A DNA stretch of 64,000 nucleotides from Candidatus Binataceae bacterium (GTDB lineage Bacteria; Desulfobacterota; Binatia; Binatales; Binataceae): positions 178 through 64,177 of the forward strand of contig JBGPUE010000010.1 of the NCBI GenBank assembly GCA_041491005.1. The letters run 5' to 3'. Of this stretch, positions 8,578 through 18,502 are shown piece by piece. Numbering within the stretch: position 1 is the first letter of the stretch; each line of letters opens with the position of its first letter. The notes under the pieces are model-generated. The model had not been told where the DNA came from. It saw only the letters and a list, made by a program, of their open reading frames with translations, and ran no database searches. A program made the position numbers and the translations under genes.

Positions 8578-11500
8578 TCATCCGAGGGTGATGCGTACTC
8601 GATGGGTCACGCCGTCGTTAGCCAGGGGGATAACGGGTCGGTTTCTCGACAGAGCTTCGCCGTCGAGCTCGATGGAGGCAATTCCGCGACTCACTCCGCG
8701 CGGGTTCTCCACCGCGATCTCATAGCGCGCAGAATGGTATAGGAAGACGATTTCGAAGCGTGGCCAAGCCTTCGGCACACACGGATCGATGACCAGGGTT
8801 GCGCCCCGCAAACGAAATCCGAGTATCCGCTCAAGGCCCACCCGATACATCCACGCGGCCGAGCCAGTGTACCAAGTCCATCCACCGCGTCCGACATGGG
8901 GAGGCGTAGCGTAGATGTCGGCACAAGCGACGTACGGTTCCACCTTGTAGCGATGAATGCCGGCGCGCGTGCTGGCGTGATTGATGGGATTCAGCATCGA
9001 GAATAGCTCGCCGGCTTTGTCTCCCTCGCCCAGCATGGCGAATGCAAGCACCGACCAAATTGCGGCATGTGTGTACTGGCCACCGTTTTCCCGGATTCCA
9101 GGTGGGTATCCTTTAACGTATCCAGGGTCGAGCGGTGCCAGATCGAACGGAGGGGTGAAGAGTAGGACCAGTTTTTCGTTCCGGCGGACGAGATATTTCT
9201 CCACCGCCGCCATCGCGGTTGCAGCGCGAGCCGGATCGGCGGCACCGGAGATCACTCCCCACGATTGCGCGATCGAATCAATTCGACATTCGGTACTCGA
9301 AGCCGAACCGAGCGGTGAGTCGTCGTCGAAGTAGCCCCGCCGGTACCAGTCGCCATCCCAGCCGTCTCGCTCAAGGGATTGCTTGAGAGCGGCCGCGTGT
9401 CGGCTCCAGTTTGCAGCGCGCGCATTCTCTCCGCGGTCATCGGCCAGGTGAGCGAAGTCGGAAAGCGTGGAATAAAGGAACCAGCCAAGCCAGATGCTCT
9501 CGCCTTTTCCCTTCTCACCGACCCGGTTCATGCCGTCGTTCCAATCGCCGGTGCCGATCAGTGGCAGGCCGTGGTGACCCACCGCGAGACTCACGTCAAG
9601 GGCCCGGGCGCAGTGCTCGAAGAGCGTGACGCGTTGCTCGGAAACCATCGGTCGAAAGTACGATTCGTGCTCGTCGGCACGGAGGGTTGGGCCTTCGACA
9701 AAGGGGACCATCTCGTCGAGGACTGCGAGGTCGCCTGTGACCTCCACATAATGGGCTGCCGCATACGGCAACCATACCCGGTCGTCGGAGATCCGGGTGC
9801 GAACCCCCTGGCCAGATGGCGGGAGCCACCAATGCTGAACGTCGCCCTCGGCGAACTGCCGCGCGGCCGCACGCAACAGATGCTCCCGCGTCACTTCAGG
9901 CGTCGATGCAGCGAGCGCCATCACATCCTGAAGCTGGTCGCGAAAGCCGTAGGCGCCGCTCGCTTGGTAAAACGCCGACCGAGCCCACACGCGGCATGCC
10001 AGTGTCTGGTAGAGCAGCCAGCGGTTCATCAGAATGTCCATCGCTCGGTCGGGTGTCTTCACTTGAACTGCGCCGAGGATCTCGTCCCATTGCCGAGTGA
10101 CCGCCCTGAAGACCGAATCCAGGTCTGTGGTTCGGTAGCGCGTGATCAAGGAAAGCGCCTCCGCCTTCGTCGCCGCCTCGCCGAGAAAGAAGACAATTTC
10201 GGCCGCACTGTTCGGCGCAAGCTGAAGCTGAGTCTGCAGGACGCCGCAGGGATCGAGACCGGCGCCGACCCGATCGGAGAGCGGCGTTGCGCTGGCGAGC
10301 GCGGCCGGAGAATCGAGCGTGCCGTTGCGGCCAACGAACTCCGTGCGGTCGCCGGTCCAAGCGCTTTGGCGTCCGGCGAGGTCGGCGAACGCCACGCGAC
10401 TACCGAAATCGTTACTCCGAGGGTTCCGCGCAAGCATCGCTCCGGTCGTCGAATCGATTTCCGTGACGACGAACGGCGCAGAAGTGATGCGGGAAGCGCC
10501 GAGCACCCACTCCACGTATGCGGTGACCGAAAGACGCCGCGATCGCGCCGAGAGATTCCGAATCTTCAACCGGGAAATCTTGATCGGATCCTCGGGGGAT
10601 ACATATTGCAGAAGTTCGAGCGAGATCCCGTGCGAAGTGTGCTCGAAGCGGCTGTAACCTTGGCCATGCCGAACGACGTACGGCGAGGTCTCCTCGCGAA
10701 TCGGCAGAGCGGTGGGACTCCAGAACGCACCTGTCGCTTCGTCACGAACATAGATCACCTCGCCCGGAGGGTCGGAGACGGGGTCGTTGGACCAAGGAGT
10801 GATCTGGTTCTCGCGGCTGCTGATCGACCATGTGTAGCCAGAGCCGGCGGCCGACACTTGGAAGCCAAACGAGCGATTCGCGATCACATTCACCCATGGC
10901 GCCGGTGTCCATAGCGCCTCGCTGAAGATTGTCACGTATTCTCGCCCGCCGGCGGCGAAGCCGCCGATGCCATTGAAAAACTCCAGGCTCGTTTGGGGCG
11001 GCGTAGCCTTCGGCTGTTCGTTCGCCGGCGCAGACTCGCGTCTCGGGGGCGGCGCGATGGCGGGTTGAGATTCCTCCAGGCGATTGACCTGCTCGGTGAG
11101 GCTTCCGTGGTGGCTGAGAAGCACCGCCCGGGCGGTGCTCTGAAGCAGGCTTCGCACCTCGACCGAGATCAGATCGGAGCGCAACACAAACACTGCTCCC
11201 CGCGCCGCTTCTCCGTCGGCCTGCGGCCGCGATTGGTTCGCACGGACCAGCGCTTCCAACGTGGCCTGCAGATCCTGATCGTAGGACGAAGGCTTTTCAT
11301 TCAGAATCACGAGATCGACGTCGAGCTGCTTCATCCGCCAGTATTCGTGGGCGCGGACCAATTGCCGAACGATCTCTCGATCCTCTGCTTCATCGATCCG
11401 GACCAACACGATCGGCAGGTCCCCGGAGATTCCGTGGGCCCATAGCGTCGAAGATCCGCGCTCGCTCCGCTTGAGCACCTCGGACGAAGGCCGCATCGTC

Positions 11501-14500
11501 GGGTTGGCATAGATGACGTGATTGGCGATGCGCTGGAAGAGGTGCGCTTCGTCGGGACTGACGCCGAGATGGTGCAGCTCCACCTGAGCCTGCGTCCAGG
11601 CCAGAGTGACCGCGCGCTCGAAGGCTGTAAAGTCGTGGTGCTTGTCTGCCAAGTCAAGCGCTTCGACTCGGGAGGGTGCGATCAGGGTCCAGAATGCGAC
11701 GCGCGCCCGGCCACCCGGCGGAATTCTTAAACGGTGGCGAAGGCTGAAGATCGGATCGAGCACGGTGCCGACCGTGTTGGAAAGCGGCCGGCCGTCGATC
11801 ACGGATATCGGCGTTCGGATCCCTCGCGCACGCCCAAGGAACGCCGCCCGGTCGGTCTCGAATTGCAAGTCGCCCACCGTCTCGCCTTCTACTACGGCAA
11901 GGTGGGCTGCCCAGACCGGCGCCTCGCCGGGCGACCGCAGCCGCCGCGTTGCCATCACAGCGCCCACGTCGGCGACGAATTCCGTCTGCACGAACAGCTT
12001 GGAGAAGGCGGGGTGCGCGGCGTCTTCCGCTGGGGGCGCCAAGACGACCTCAGCATAGGAGGTCACCTCGATTTCCCGATACCGGTTTCCAAGGTTTGAG
12101 ATCGATACGCGGCGAACCTCGGCGTCGTCCTCGGGCGAAACCGCGATCTCGAGTGTTGTCGTGAGCGTCCCGTCGCGCCTCGTGATTTCGGCTCGATCCT
12201 CGGAGAACACCACCCCGTAACTATCCGGCTCGACGCCGGTCGGTTGATATCCCGCCGACCATACTTCGCCGGTACGCACATCGCGCAGAAAAACGTACGT
12301 TCCCCAGGAGTCGCAGGTAACGTCTTCTCGCCAACGCGTGACCGCGAGGTCCCGCCAACGGCTGTATCCGGAACCCGCTGCAGTGATCATCACTGCGTAT
12401 CTGCCGTTCGAGAGAAGGTGCGTGCGCGGAATCACGTCGTGTGGCGATCGGAATCGTCGCAGCATCGGCGCAACGATCTCGCGGATGTTGGGGGCCACCT
12501 TCACTTCCTCGGCACGCGGACGCGCAACCAAAACGTCGCGCGGAGTTCGTTCTTGCAGCAAGAGTTCCGTCGCCTGCATGACTGGCGCGGCGTGAAAACG
12601 GGCGCGCATCGTTCCGTTCCGGAGAGCGTCGTCAATCGCGACCAGAGTCATCCCCTGGTGATGCGCCATAAAAGCTCGAACGACCGCCACGTCTTCGCCC
12701 TCAGGGAGGCGCGTCGGCGTGTAGTCAAGAGCCTCATAGTAGCCATAGCGGCCGAGGCCACCGGCCGCAGCGAGACGTGTGAAGTTTCGCGCCGCAGCTT
12801 TGGCATCTACCATCGCGGCGAGGGCCGTTGCGTAAGGGGCGACGACGACGTTCTCGCTGAGTCCGCGCTTGAGCCCCAGTCCAGGGACGCCAAAATTTGA
12901 GTACTGATAGGTGAGCTCCAGATCTCGCGCGCTGTAAGCCGATTCCGAGACACCCCACGGCACGCCGAGCTCGGCGCCATACTTCATTTGCCGGCGGACG
13001 ACGAGGCGATTCGACTGCGCGAGCAGGCTCCCCTCCGGTGCGCGCATCACCAACGACGGCATCAGGTACTCGAACATCGAACCCGACCACGAGATCAGGG
13101 CCGAACCGCGATCTACCGGCGTCAGGTCGCGCCCGAGCCGGAACCAATGGCGCGCCGGCACGTCTCCCTTGGCGATCGCCACGAAGCTGGCCAAGCGTGC
13201 CTCAGAGGCGAGCAAGTCATAGCAGTTTGGATCGAGGCTGCCTTCCGCGACCCGGTACCCAATCGCAAGAAGTTGCCGCGCTGGGTCGAAGAGGAAGCCG
13301 AACTCCATGGCCTCGAACATTTTCCCCGCCATTTCGCCGAGCGCCGCGAGGCGACGTTCGAGCACGCGTGCGGCGTTCGCGGAACGTTCGAAGGCGTCAA
13401 TCAGAGCGTCGGCTCGCACCACCGCGGCAGATACTCCACGGGCGTGCGGGTCAAGTTCCGATCGGTAACGCGTCAGGCCTCTGATCGCCTCTTCGCAGTG
13501 ACCCGGCAGATCGGCAATGGTCGGAACGGATTCGAACAGATAGCCGAGCACCTCCTCCAGCGGAGCGTCTCCATCTACCGCTCTCTCAGCGGCGACGAAC
13601 GCGACGTCGCCCGCGAGCTTCGCCCATGGCATCAACTGTTCGACGTCGCGCTGATGACTCAGGATCGACGCCCGCACCGCTTCTACCCAGTTCAGCACTT
13701 GGGCGCTAGCGTCGTCTCCCCGTTCCTGGTTGAGCGTCCACGCAATGTCGACGGCCGTGTGGGCGTCAAGCGCGAGCCCCGCAAGGCGCCTTCCAACATC
13801 CGCCGGAGTCGTGGCAGGACTTCGCAGCGAAGCGGTGAGAGCGTCGAGTGCGTCCTCGATATGCTTTCGAGTTACCGTTTGAGTCCGCCGATCGTCAGCG
13901 AGCAAACGCAGACACTCGCGGGCGATTTCCAGCGCGTCATCGATCCCGGCGAGCCATCCCGGCCTCGGCACTGGACCGCCGATCATCTCCCGCAAAGCGT
14001 TCTCAAGGGCGATCAGGTGTCCCGCCAGATTCCCGCTATCCACAGACGAGACATATTTGGGGTCTAGCGGACGAAGCTTCCGCGTGTCGTACCAGTTGTA
14101 GAAGTGGCCGTGGAAGCGTTCGAGTCCGCTCATCGTCGTGAGAGTCGCGTCCAACCGCTCCAATGTTTCGAGCACACCCAGCCAGCCGAAATCGTGCGCG
14201 GCGGTCACGGACAGAAGATACAATCCGAGGTTGGTGGGCGACGTCCGATGAGCCAGCATTGGGATTGGTTCTTCCTGGAAGTTGTCAGGCGGAAGCATGT
14301 GATCCTCCGCGGTGACGAAGGTCTCGAAGAAGCTCCAGGTGCGGCGGGCGATGAGCTTGAGTGTCTGCGCATCTGTCTCGGAGGGCGGATTTGGGCCCAC
14401 CATGGGCGGTGGAAGGCTCGCCCATCGCGCGACCGCCGGCGATAGCATCCACAGGATCACGAATGGAGCCGCGATCGGCCATGACCCACCCCCCAAGCAT

Positions 14501-17442
14501 GCGACGATGACGACGGCCACAACCGCAAGGGCGACACCGCCAGCCATTCGCCAATACGATCCGCGAAGATCAAGCCGGGTGCGGAACTTCGCCTGAGCGG
14601 CAGTAACCCACTCGAGCAGCCTCCGACGCCTCACGAACAGGCGGAAGAGCGTTCGCGAGATGGCGTCGGTCATCAACCACGCCTGATGCGCGAGGAATGT
14701 GACCACGAGCGCGATCTGTAAGAGAGCGACCAGGAGATCCGCGCCCACCGCGCGCAGATGGGTCCGCTTGGAGATACCGAGCCGTCGGGGCGCGATCCCG
14801 GCGAGCAGAGGCAACAGGGCAGGCACCGCGATCGTGACGAGCACGAAGGCGCTCCAGATTTTCGCGGAAAACAAGGGAAGAGACCATCCTGCCAGCAATG
14901 CCAGCAAGGCGGCCGGCGCCGACAGCGTTCGGCGCAGGTTGTCGATCATTTTCCAGCGGCCGATCAACGGAATCGCCGTGCGGCCCGGTTCGCCTTTTGG
15001 GTCGCGTCCCCGGCCGAAGATCCAGGGAAGTAATTGCCAATCGCCGCGCGCCCACCGATGCTGCCGCGCCGCGGCGACGTCATAGCGTGATGGAAACTCC
15101 TCGACCACCTCGATGTCAGAGACCAGTCCGGCCCGCGCGAAAATTCCTTCAAGCAGATCGTGACTCAGGAGCGTGCTGTCGGGAACCCGCCCTTCGAGAG
15201 CGGCTTCAAAGGCGTCCACGTCGTAGATTCCCTTACCGCTGTACGAACCCTCGCCGAAGAGGTCCTGGTATACGTCGGAGACGGCAGCCGCATACGGGTC
15301 GACGCCGCTGGCGCTCGAAAAGACACGCTGGAAAAGCGACCCGTCCCGACCGCTCGGCAACGACGGAGTAACTCGCGGCTGAAGCACCCCGTACCCCTCG
15401 ATCACGCGGCAGGAATGCGGGTCGAGGGTCGGACGGTTGAGCGGATGCGCCATCTTACCGATTAGCCGCTTGACGGCTCCCCGCGGTAGTCGCGTATCCG
15501 CGTCGAGCGTGATCACGTAGCGGACGCCGGGAGGCACGACCGGGAGGCGGGAGCCCATTGGCAGGAAGGTTGTGTCAGTCGCTCCGCGAAGCCATCGATT
15601 CAGCTCGTGTAGCTTGCCGCGCTTGCGTTCCCACCCGATCCACTTTCCCTCCCCGTCGTTCCAGATCCGCCGACGATGGAGCAGGAGGAATCGTTCCCCG
15701 TCCGGCGCCGGACCGTACAGCCGGTTCAGCCGCTCGATTCCCGCGACGGCTGCGCCGAGGAGCTTGTCGTCGCCCGGAGCATTCTCGGTGGCGCAGTCTG
15801 TCCAGTCCGAGAGGAGAGCGAAACGAAGATCGCCATCGGGAGTCGCGAGATGATGGACCTCGAGACGCTCGATCTGCTCCTCAAGTTCCGTTGGTGTCGT
15901 CAAGAGGGTGGGCACGACAACCATCGTGCGCAGACTCGACGGGACCCCGTCTCGAAGCTCCAGCCCAGGCAGTATCTTCGGGCCGAAGCAATTCATGACG
16001 CCGAGGTTCACCAGGGCCACACTCGCATCCAACGCCGGAAGGAATGCCAGGAGCGCGAGCATGACGAGAGTCCATCCGCCGACACCGGACTTTGCCACGC
16101 CGAGCAACAGTAGCGCGGAAATAAGCGTGACGACGATCGCGATGGTTCCGAGATAGCCCAGAATTCCCGCGGCCGCGTTGGCGCGAACGAGCCGTTGTCG
16201 CACCGGAACCTGAAATCCGATCTCGTTCTCGAGGGCCCGACGCCCTTTCGAGATGAGGTAATAGCCCGGCTCTTGCTCGCGGCGTGGGGTCGCCTCATCG
16301 CCGTTCACAGGATCTGCTGCCGCCCGCTTGGCGGCCACAATCGCCGATCGCGCGATATCGAGTTCCGTATGCGCCGACCCTCGCGCGAGCTCTTCGATCG
16401 CGTGCCTGTAGCGATCTCGAGTCGGGAAGTCCATTTCGGCAAAGTTGCCGCCGGCGCGGAGCACCGCATCAACGAGACTGACACTCTCGAAGAGTTCCGC
16501 CCAATCCACCGCGGACATCAGGCGCATGCTCATGATCGCATTGCGCACTGTCACGTTCATCGCGCCCTGCCTCTGATGCTCCTGACGGACGATCTCGTCG
16601 GCGGTCGTTCCCTGGGCTGCAAGGCGTTGGTCCAGCCAAAGGAGCGCTGGCGTCACGGTTGGGTCCTGATCGCGTAACCGCTGGACCAACTGAACCGCAA
16701 AGGCCGTCGGCAACGAGGTCTGATCGAAGCGTCGCAGAACAGTCTCCAGCGTCTCGCCCTTGCCATTGCCGACTCCCAATAGCCTGTCGGCTAGAGCGTC
16801 GGCCTCCTGGCGAGCCGCTCGACCCCTCACGATCCGCTCGGCCAAGCGCCGCAAATTCTCCACGAGCACGATTCGAAGCGTAATGGCAACGGCCCAGAGT
16901 TCGCCGATCGTCAGAGGCTGCACGCGCTGATAGGCCTGTAGGAACCGGGACAGCATCTGCGGATCGAAGCGGCTGTCGGTATGCGCAACGAAGGCCCAGG
17001 CAATTCCGAATACGCGGGGATAGCCTTCAAGTGGTCCTTCTGCAATTTTGGGCAACTGGCGATAGAAACCACGCGGAAGATCGTCCCGGACCTCGCGAAT
17101 TTGTTTTTCTACGACGTGGAAGTTGTCGACCAGCCATTCCGCCGCAGGCGTAATTGCGCGTTCCTCACGGATCGCTGCCGCGATCGCGCGATACGCTTTG
17201 AGCAGCACGCGACCATTTTCGCGCAGGCGTTTCAGCAGCCGTGAAGTAGTACCCGGCCTCGTCGTGACAGGCTGAGCAGCCGCAAGGCTCTCCGCATGCT
17301 GTTCGAGGCGCTCGATGCTGAACAATTCGGCGCGAATCGGCTCTTCAGCGTCTCCGGCGGTGGCCGCCAGCGGACCGTTAAGAGCTCGAAAAAATGAATA
17401 CTTCAAGTTTGCCTCTCGGCTTGGTGAACGCACCGAGAGCAA
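8578..17442 (-). CDS. ndvB: Cyclic beta-1,2-glucan synthase (NdvB/ChvB/Cgs type; GT84 glycosyltransferase region plus C-terminal GH94 glycoside-phosphorylase-like domain), 2954 aa
   Basis: Size and layout match Cgs: N-terminal membrane segments, a glycosyltransferase region (YDVAAARQHRWARGDWQLLPW) and a C-terminal GH94-like region (GGQYTHAAIWSVLAFAMLGEGDKAGELFSMLNPINH, GTGDWNDGMNRVG). The exact start is uncertain (TTG at 17442, GTG at 17433). Confidence 0.9.
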   Translation of the reverse strand: MLSVRSPSREANLKYSFFRALNGPLAATAGDAEEPIRAELFSIERLEQHAESLAAAQPVTTRPGTTSRLLKRLRENGRVLLKAYRAIAAAIREERAITPAAEWLVDNFHVVEKQIREVRDDLPRGFYRQLPKIAEGPLEGYPRVFGIAWAFVAHTDSRFDPQMLSRFLQAYQRVQPLTIGELWAVAITLRIVLVENLRRLAERIVRGRAARQEADALADRLLGVGNGKGETLETVLRRFDQTSLPTAFAVQLVQRLRDQDPTVTPALLWLDQRLAAQGTTADEIVRQEHQRQGAMNVTVRNAIMSMRLMSAVDWAELFESVSLVDAVLRAGGNFAEMDFPTRDRYRHAIEELARGSAHTELDIARSAIVAAKRAAADPVNGDEATPRREQEPGYYLISKGRRALENEIGFQVPVRQRLVRANAAAGILGYLGTIAIVVTLISALLLLGVAKSGVGGWTLVMLALLAFLPALDASVALVNLGVMNCFGPKILPGLELRDGVPSSLRTMVVVPTLLTTPTELEEQIERLEVHHLATPDGDLRFALLSDWTDCATENAPGDDKLLGAAVAGIERLNRLYGPAPDGERFLLLHRRRIWNDGEGKWIGWERKRGKLHELNRWLRGATDTTFLPMGSRLPVVPPGVRYVITLDADTRLPRGAVKRLIGKMAHPLNRPTLDPHSCRVIEGYGVLQPRVTPSLPSGRDGSLFQRVFSSASGVDPYAAAVSDVYQDLFGEGSYSGKGIYDVDAFEAALEGRVPDSTLLSHDLLEGIFARAGLVSDIEVVEEFPSRYDVAAARQHRWARGDWQLLPWIFGRGRDPKGEPGRTAIPLIGRWKMIDNLRRTLSAPAALLALLAGWSLPLFSAKIWSAFVLVTIAVPALLPLLAGIAPRRLGISKRTHLRAVGADLLVALLQIALVVTFLAHQAWLMTDAISRTLFRLFVRRRRLLEWVTAAQAKFRTRLDLRGSYWRMAGGVALAVVAVVIVACLGGGSWPIAAPFVILWMLSPAVARWASLPPPMVGPNPPSETDAQTLKLIARRTWSFFETFVTAEDHMLPPDNFQEEPIPMLAHRTSPTNLGLYLLSVTAAHDFGWLGVLETLERLDATLTTMSGLERFHGHFYNWYDTRKLRPLDPKYVSSVDSGNLAGHLIALENALREMIGGPVPRPGWLAGIDDALEIARECLRLLADDRRTQTVTRKHIEDALDALTASLRSPATTPADVGRRLAGLALDAHTAVDIAWTLNQERGDDASAQVLNWVEAVRASILSHQRDVEQLMPWAKLAGDVAFVAAERAVDGDAPLEEVLGYLFESVPTIADLPGHCEEAIRGLTRYRSELDPHARGVSAAVVRADALIDAFERSANAARVLERRLAALGEMAGKMFEAMEFGFLFDPARQLLAIGYRVAEGSLDPNCYDLLASEARLASFVAIAKGDVPARHWFRLGRDLTPVDRGSALISWSGSMFEYLMPSLVMRAPEGSLLAQSNRLVVRRQMKYGAELGVPWGVSESAYSARDLELTYQYSNFGVPGLGLKRGLSENVVVAPYATALAAMVDAKAAARNFTRLAAAGGLGRYGYYEALDYTPTRLPEGEDVAVVRAFMAHHQGMTLVAIDDALRNGTMRARFHAAPVMQATELLLQERTPRDVLVARPRAEEVKVAPNIREIVAPMLRRFRSPHDVIPRTHLLSNGRYAVMITAAGSGYSRWRDLAVTRWREDVTCDSWGTYVFLRDVRTGEVWSAGYQPTGVEPDSYGVVFSEDRAEITRRDGTLTTTLEIAVSPEDDAEVRRVSISNLGNRYREIEVTSYAEVVLAPPAEDAAHPAFSKLFVQTEFVADVGAVMATRRLRSPGEAPVWAAHLAVVEGETVGDLQFETDRAAFLGRARGIRTPISVIDGRPLSNTVGTVLDPIFSLRHRLRIPPGGRARVAFWTLIAPSRVEALDLADKHHDFTAFERAVTLAWTQAQVELHHLGVSPDEAHLFQRIANHVIYANPTMRPSSEVLKRSERGSSTLWAHGISGDLPIVLVRIDEAEDREIVRQLVRAHEYWRMKQLDVDLVILNEKPSSYDQDLQATLEALVRANQSRPQADGEAARGAVFVLRSDLISVEVRSLLQSTARAVLLSHHGSLTEQVNRLEESQPAIAPPPRRESAPANEQPKATPPQTSLEFFNGIGGFAAGGREYVTIFSEALWTPAPWVNVIANRSFGFQVSAAGSGYTWSISSRENQITPWSNDPVSDPPGEVIYVRDEATGAFWSPTALPIREETSPYVVRHGQGYSRFEHTSHGISLELLQYVSPEDPIKISRLKIRNLSARSRRLSVTAYVEWVLGASRITSAPFVVTEIDSTTGAMLARNPRSNDFGSRVAFADLAGRQSAWTGDRTEFVGRNGTLDSPAALASATPLSDRVGAGLDPCGVLQTQLQLAPNSAAEIVFFLGEAATKAEALSLITRYRTTDLDSVFRAVTRQWDEILGAVQVKTPDRAMDILMNRWLLYQTLACRVWARSAFYQASGAYGFRDQLQDVMALAASTPEVTREHLLRAAARQFAEGDVQHWWLPPSGQGVRTRISDDRVWLPYAAAHYVEVTGDLAVLDEMVPFVEGPTLRADEHESYFRPMVSEQRVTLFEHCARALDVSLAVGHHGLPLIGTGDWNDGMNRVGEKGKGESIWLGWFLYSTLSDFAHLADDRGENARAANWSRHAAALKQSLERDGWDGDWYRRGYFDDDSPLGSASSTECRIDSIAQSWGVISGAADPARAATAMAAVEKYLVRRNEKLVLLFTPPFDLAPLDPGYVKGYPPGIRENGGQYTHAAIWSVLAFAMLGEGDKAGELFSMLNPINHASTRAGIHRYKVEPYVACADIYATPPHVGRGGWTWYTGSAAWMYRVGLERILGFRLRGATLVIDPCVPKAWPRFEIVFLYHSARYEIAVENPRGVSRGIASIELDGEALSRNRPVIPLANDGVTHRVRITLG

Positions 17443-17518
17443 GCCGCGCAGGGTCGCGAGAGGTCAGACAATCTGGCCGGGCTGCGGTCCTGGAATCATT
17501 CCCGCGAGGTCGGCATCC

Positions 17519-17806
17519 TTACCGATTGCCAGTTCGGTTCTTGGCTCCGAAGCTCGATTCGCGGGGTTTGGCTTCGTTCACCTTGATGTTCCTGCCCTTG
17601 AGCTCGGTATCGTTGAATTGCTGTATCGCCTTGGCAGCGTCGTCCGCACTTGCCATTTCGACAAAGCCGAAGCCCTTGGATTGGCCGGAGACCTTATCCG
17701 TTATTACAGCCACACTTTGAACCTGACCTACCTGAGCGAAAAGTTCTTCGAGGTCGCCCTGAGTAACCGAATAGGCCAGATTGCCTACGTACAATTTGCT
17801 GGGCAT
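17519..17806 (-). CDS. Small RNA-binding protein with a single RRM (RNP-1/RNP-2) domain
   Basis: RNP-2 LYVGNL and RNP-1 KGFGFVEM. 95 aa. Strong SD GGAGGG 8 nt upstream of the ATG. Same strand as cgs and 76 bp upstream of it. Confidence 0.85.
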   Translation of the reverse strand: MPSKLYVGNLAYSVTQGDLEELFAQVGQVQSVAVITDKVSGQSKGFGFVEMASADDAAKAIQQFNDTELKGRNIKVNEAKPRESSFGAKNRTGNR

Positions 17807-17845
17807 TTATTGCCCTCCATAAGCTGTGCCGGGGAGTTCTCGAAC

Positions 17846-17875
17846 AGAAAACCCGGGCTTATTCCCGGGTCTAGA
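17846..17875 (-). terminator. Rho-independent-terminator-like hairpin (ACCCGGG-aataag-CCCGGGT followed by TTTTCTGTT), oriented on the minus strand
   Basis: Read on the minus strand: acccgggaataagcccgggttttctgttcg, a 7-8 bp GC stem, 6-nt loop and U-tract. It lies about 45 nt upstream of the RRM gene start, so it is either a terminator for an unannotated minus-strand transcript or a leader attenuator. Confidence 0.35.
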
Positions 17876-18502
17876 TGAAAGGAACAATCCAAGCGTTACA
17901 ACGCGCAGCGTATGCTTTTCGGGCCGCTAATGATACGGACACAAGCTTCGTGGCCAGTCGTGTCCCCTTTGATGCGAAATGTTCAACCGTGTTGGAGTCT
18001 CCTTGCATCTACTGAGAATTCCGAAAGCCAAGGGTCTTGCAATTCGCCGCTCCTGCGCTTGGCAAGATAGAGGTTCGTCGACGACACAATGTGCCTGACG
18101 GTGACCCGCCCCTTGGCCGGCGGTGCACACAAGACGATGAAGGTCGCGGTTACGGTCGGCGATTTCACCGCAGCTTCATCGCGGCCGCTGCTGGTCGACC
18201 CGATGGGCGCCGAGCAGTATGCGTTCTAGCCGGCGGGGGTCGCCCCGCCCCACACCGGTTGCTAGGCGACGACCCAACTGTTGCAAGTTGCGGCGCCGTA
18301 GGAAACGGATCTCCGCTTTGAGCAGGCCGGCGAGTAAAACTCAAGGGGCTCTCAGGAACCCATCTCCTCTACCGGGCGCTCTGGTAGTCGAGAGACAAAC
18401 GCTGGCCGCTCGGCTGCGGGCTGTCAGCGCCCCAGCTTCTCTGTGCGGGACGCAGGTAACCGTGTAGTTTGACTCGAAGTCTGTCCGTGAAGGAGACAAG
18501 TC

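Noticed and set aside
9379-10914. 511-aa plus-strand ORF (and many 60-160 aa ORFs) antisense to the cyclic glucan synthase gene
   Set aside because: Arg/Ala/Gly/Pro-rich low-complexity translation typical of the antisense frame of a high-GC gene. No motifs. Fully embedded in a gene with strong homology-type signal.
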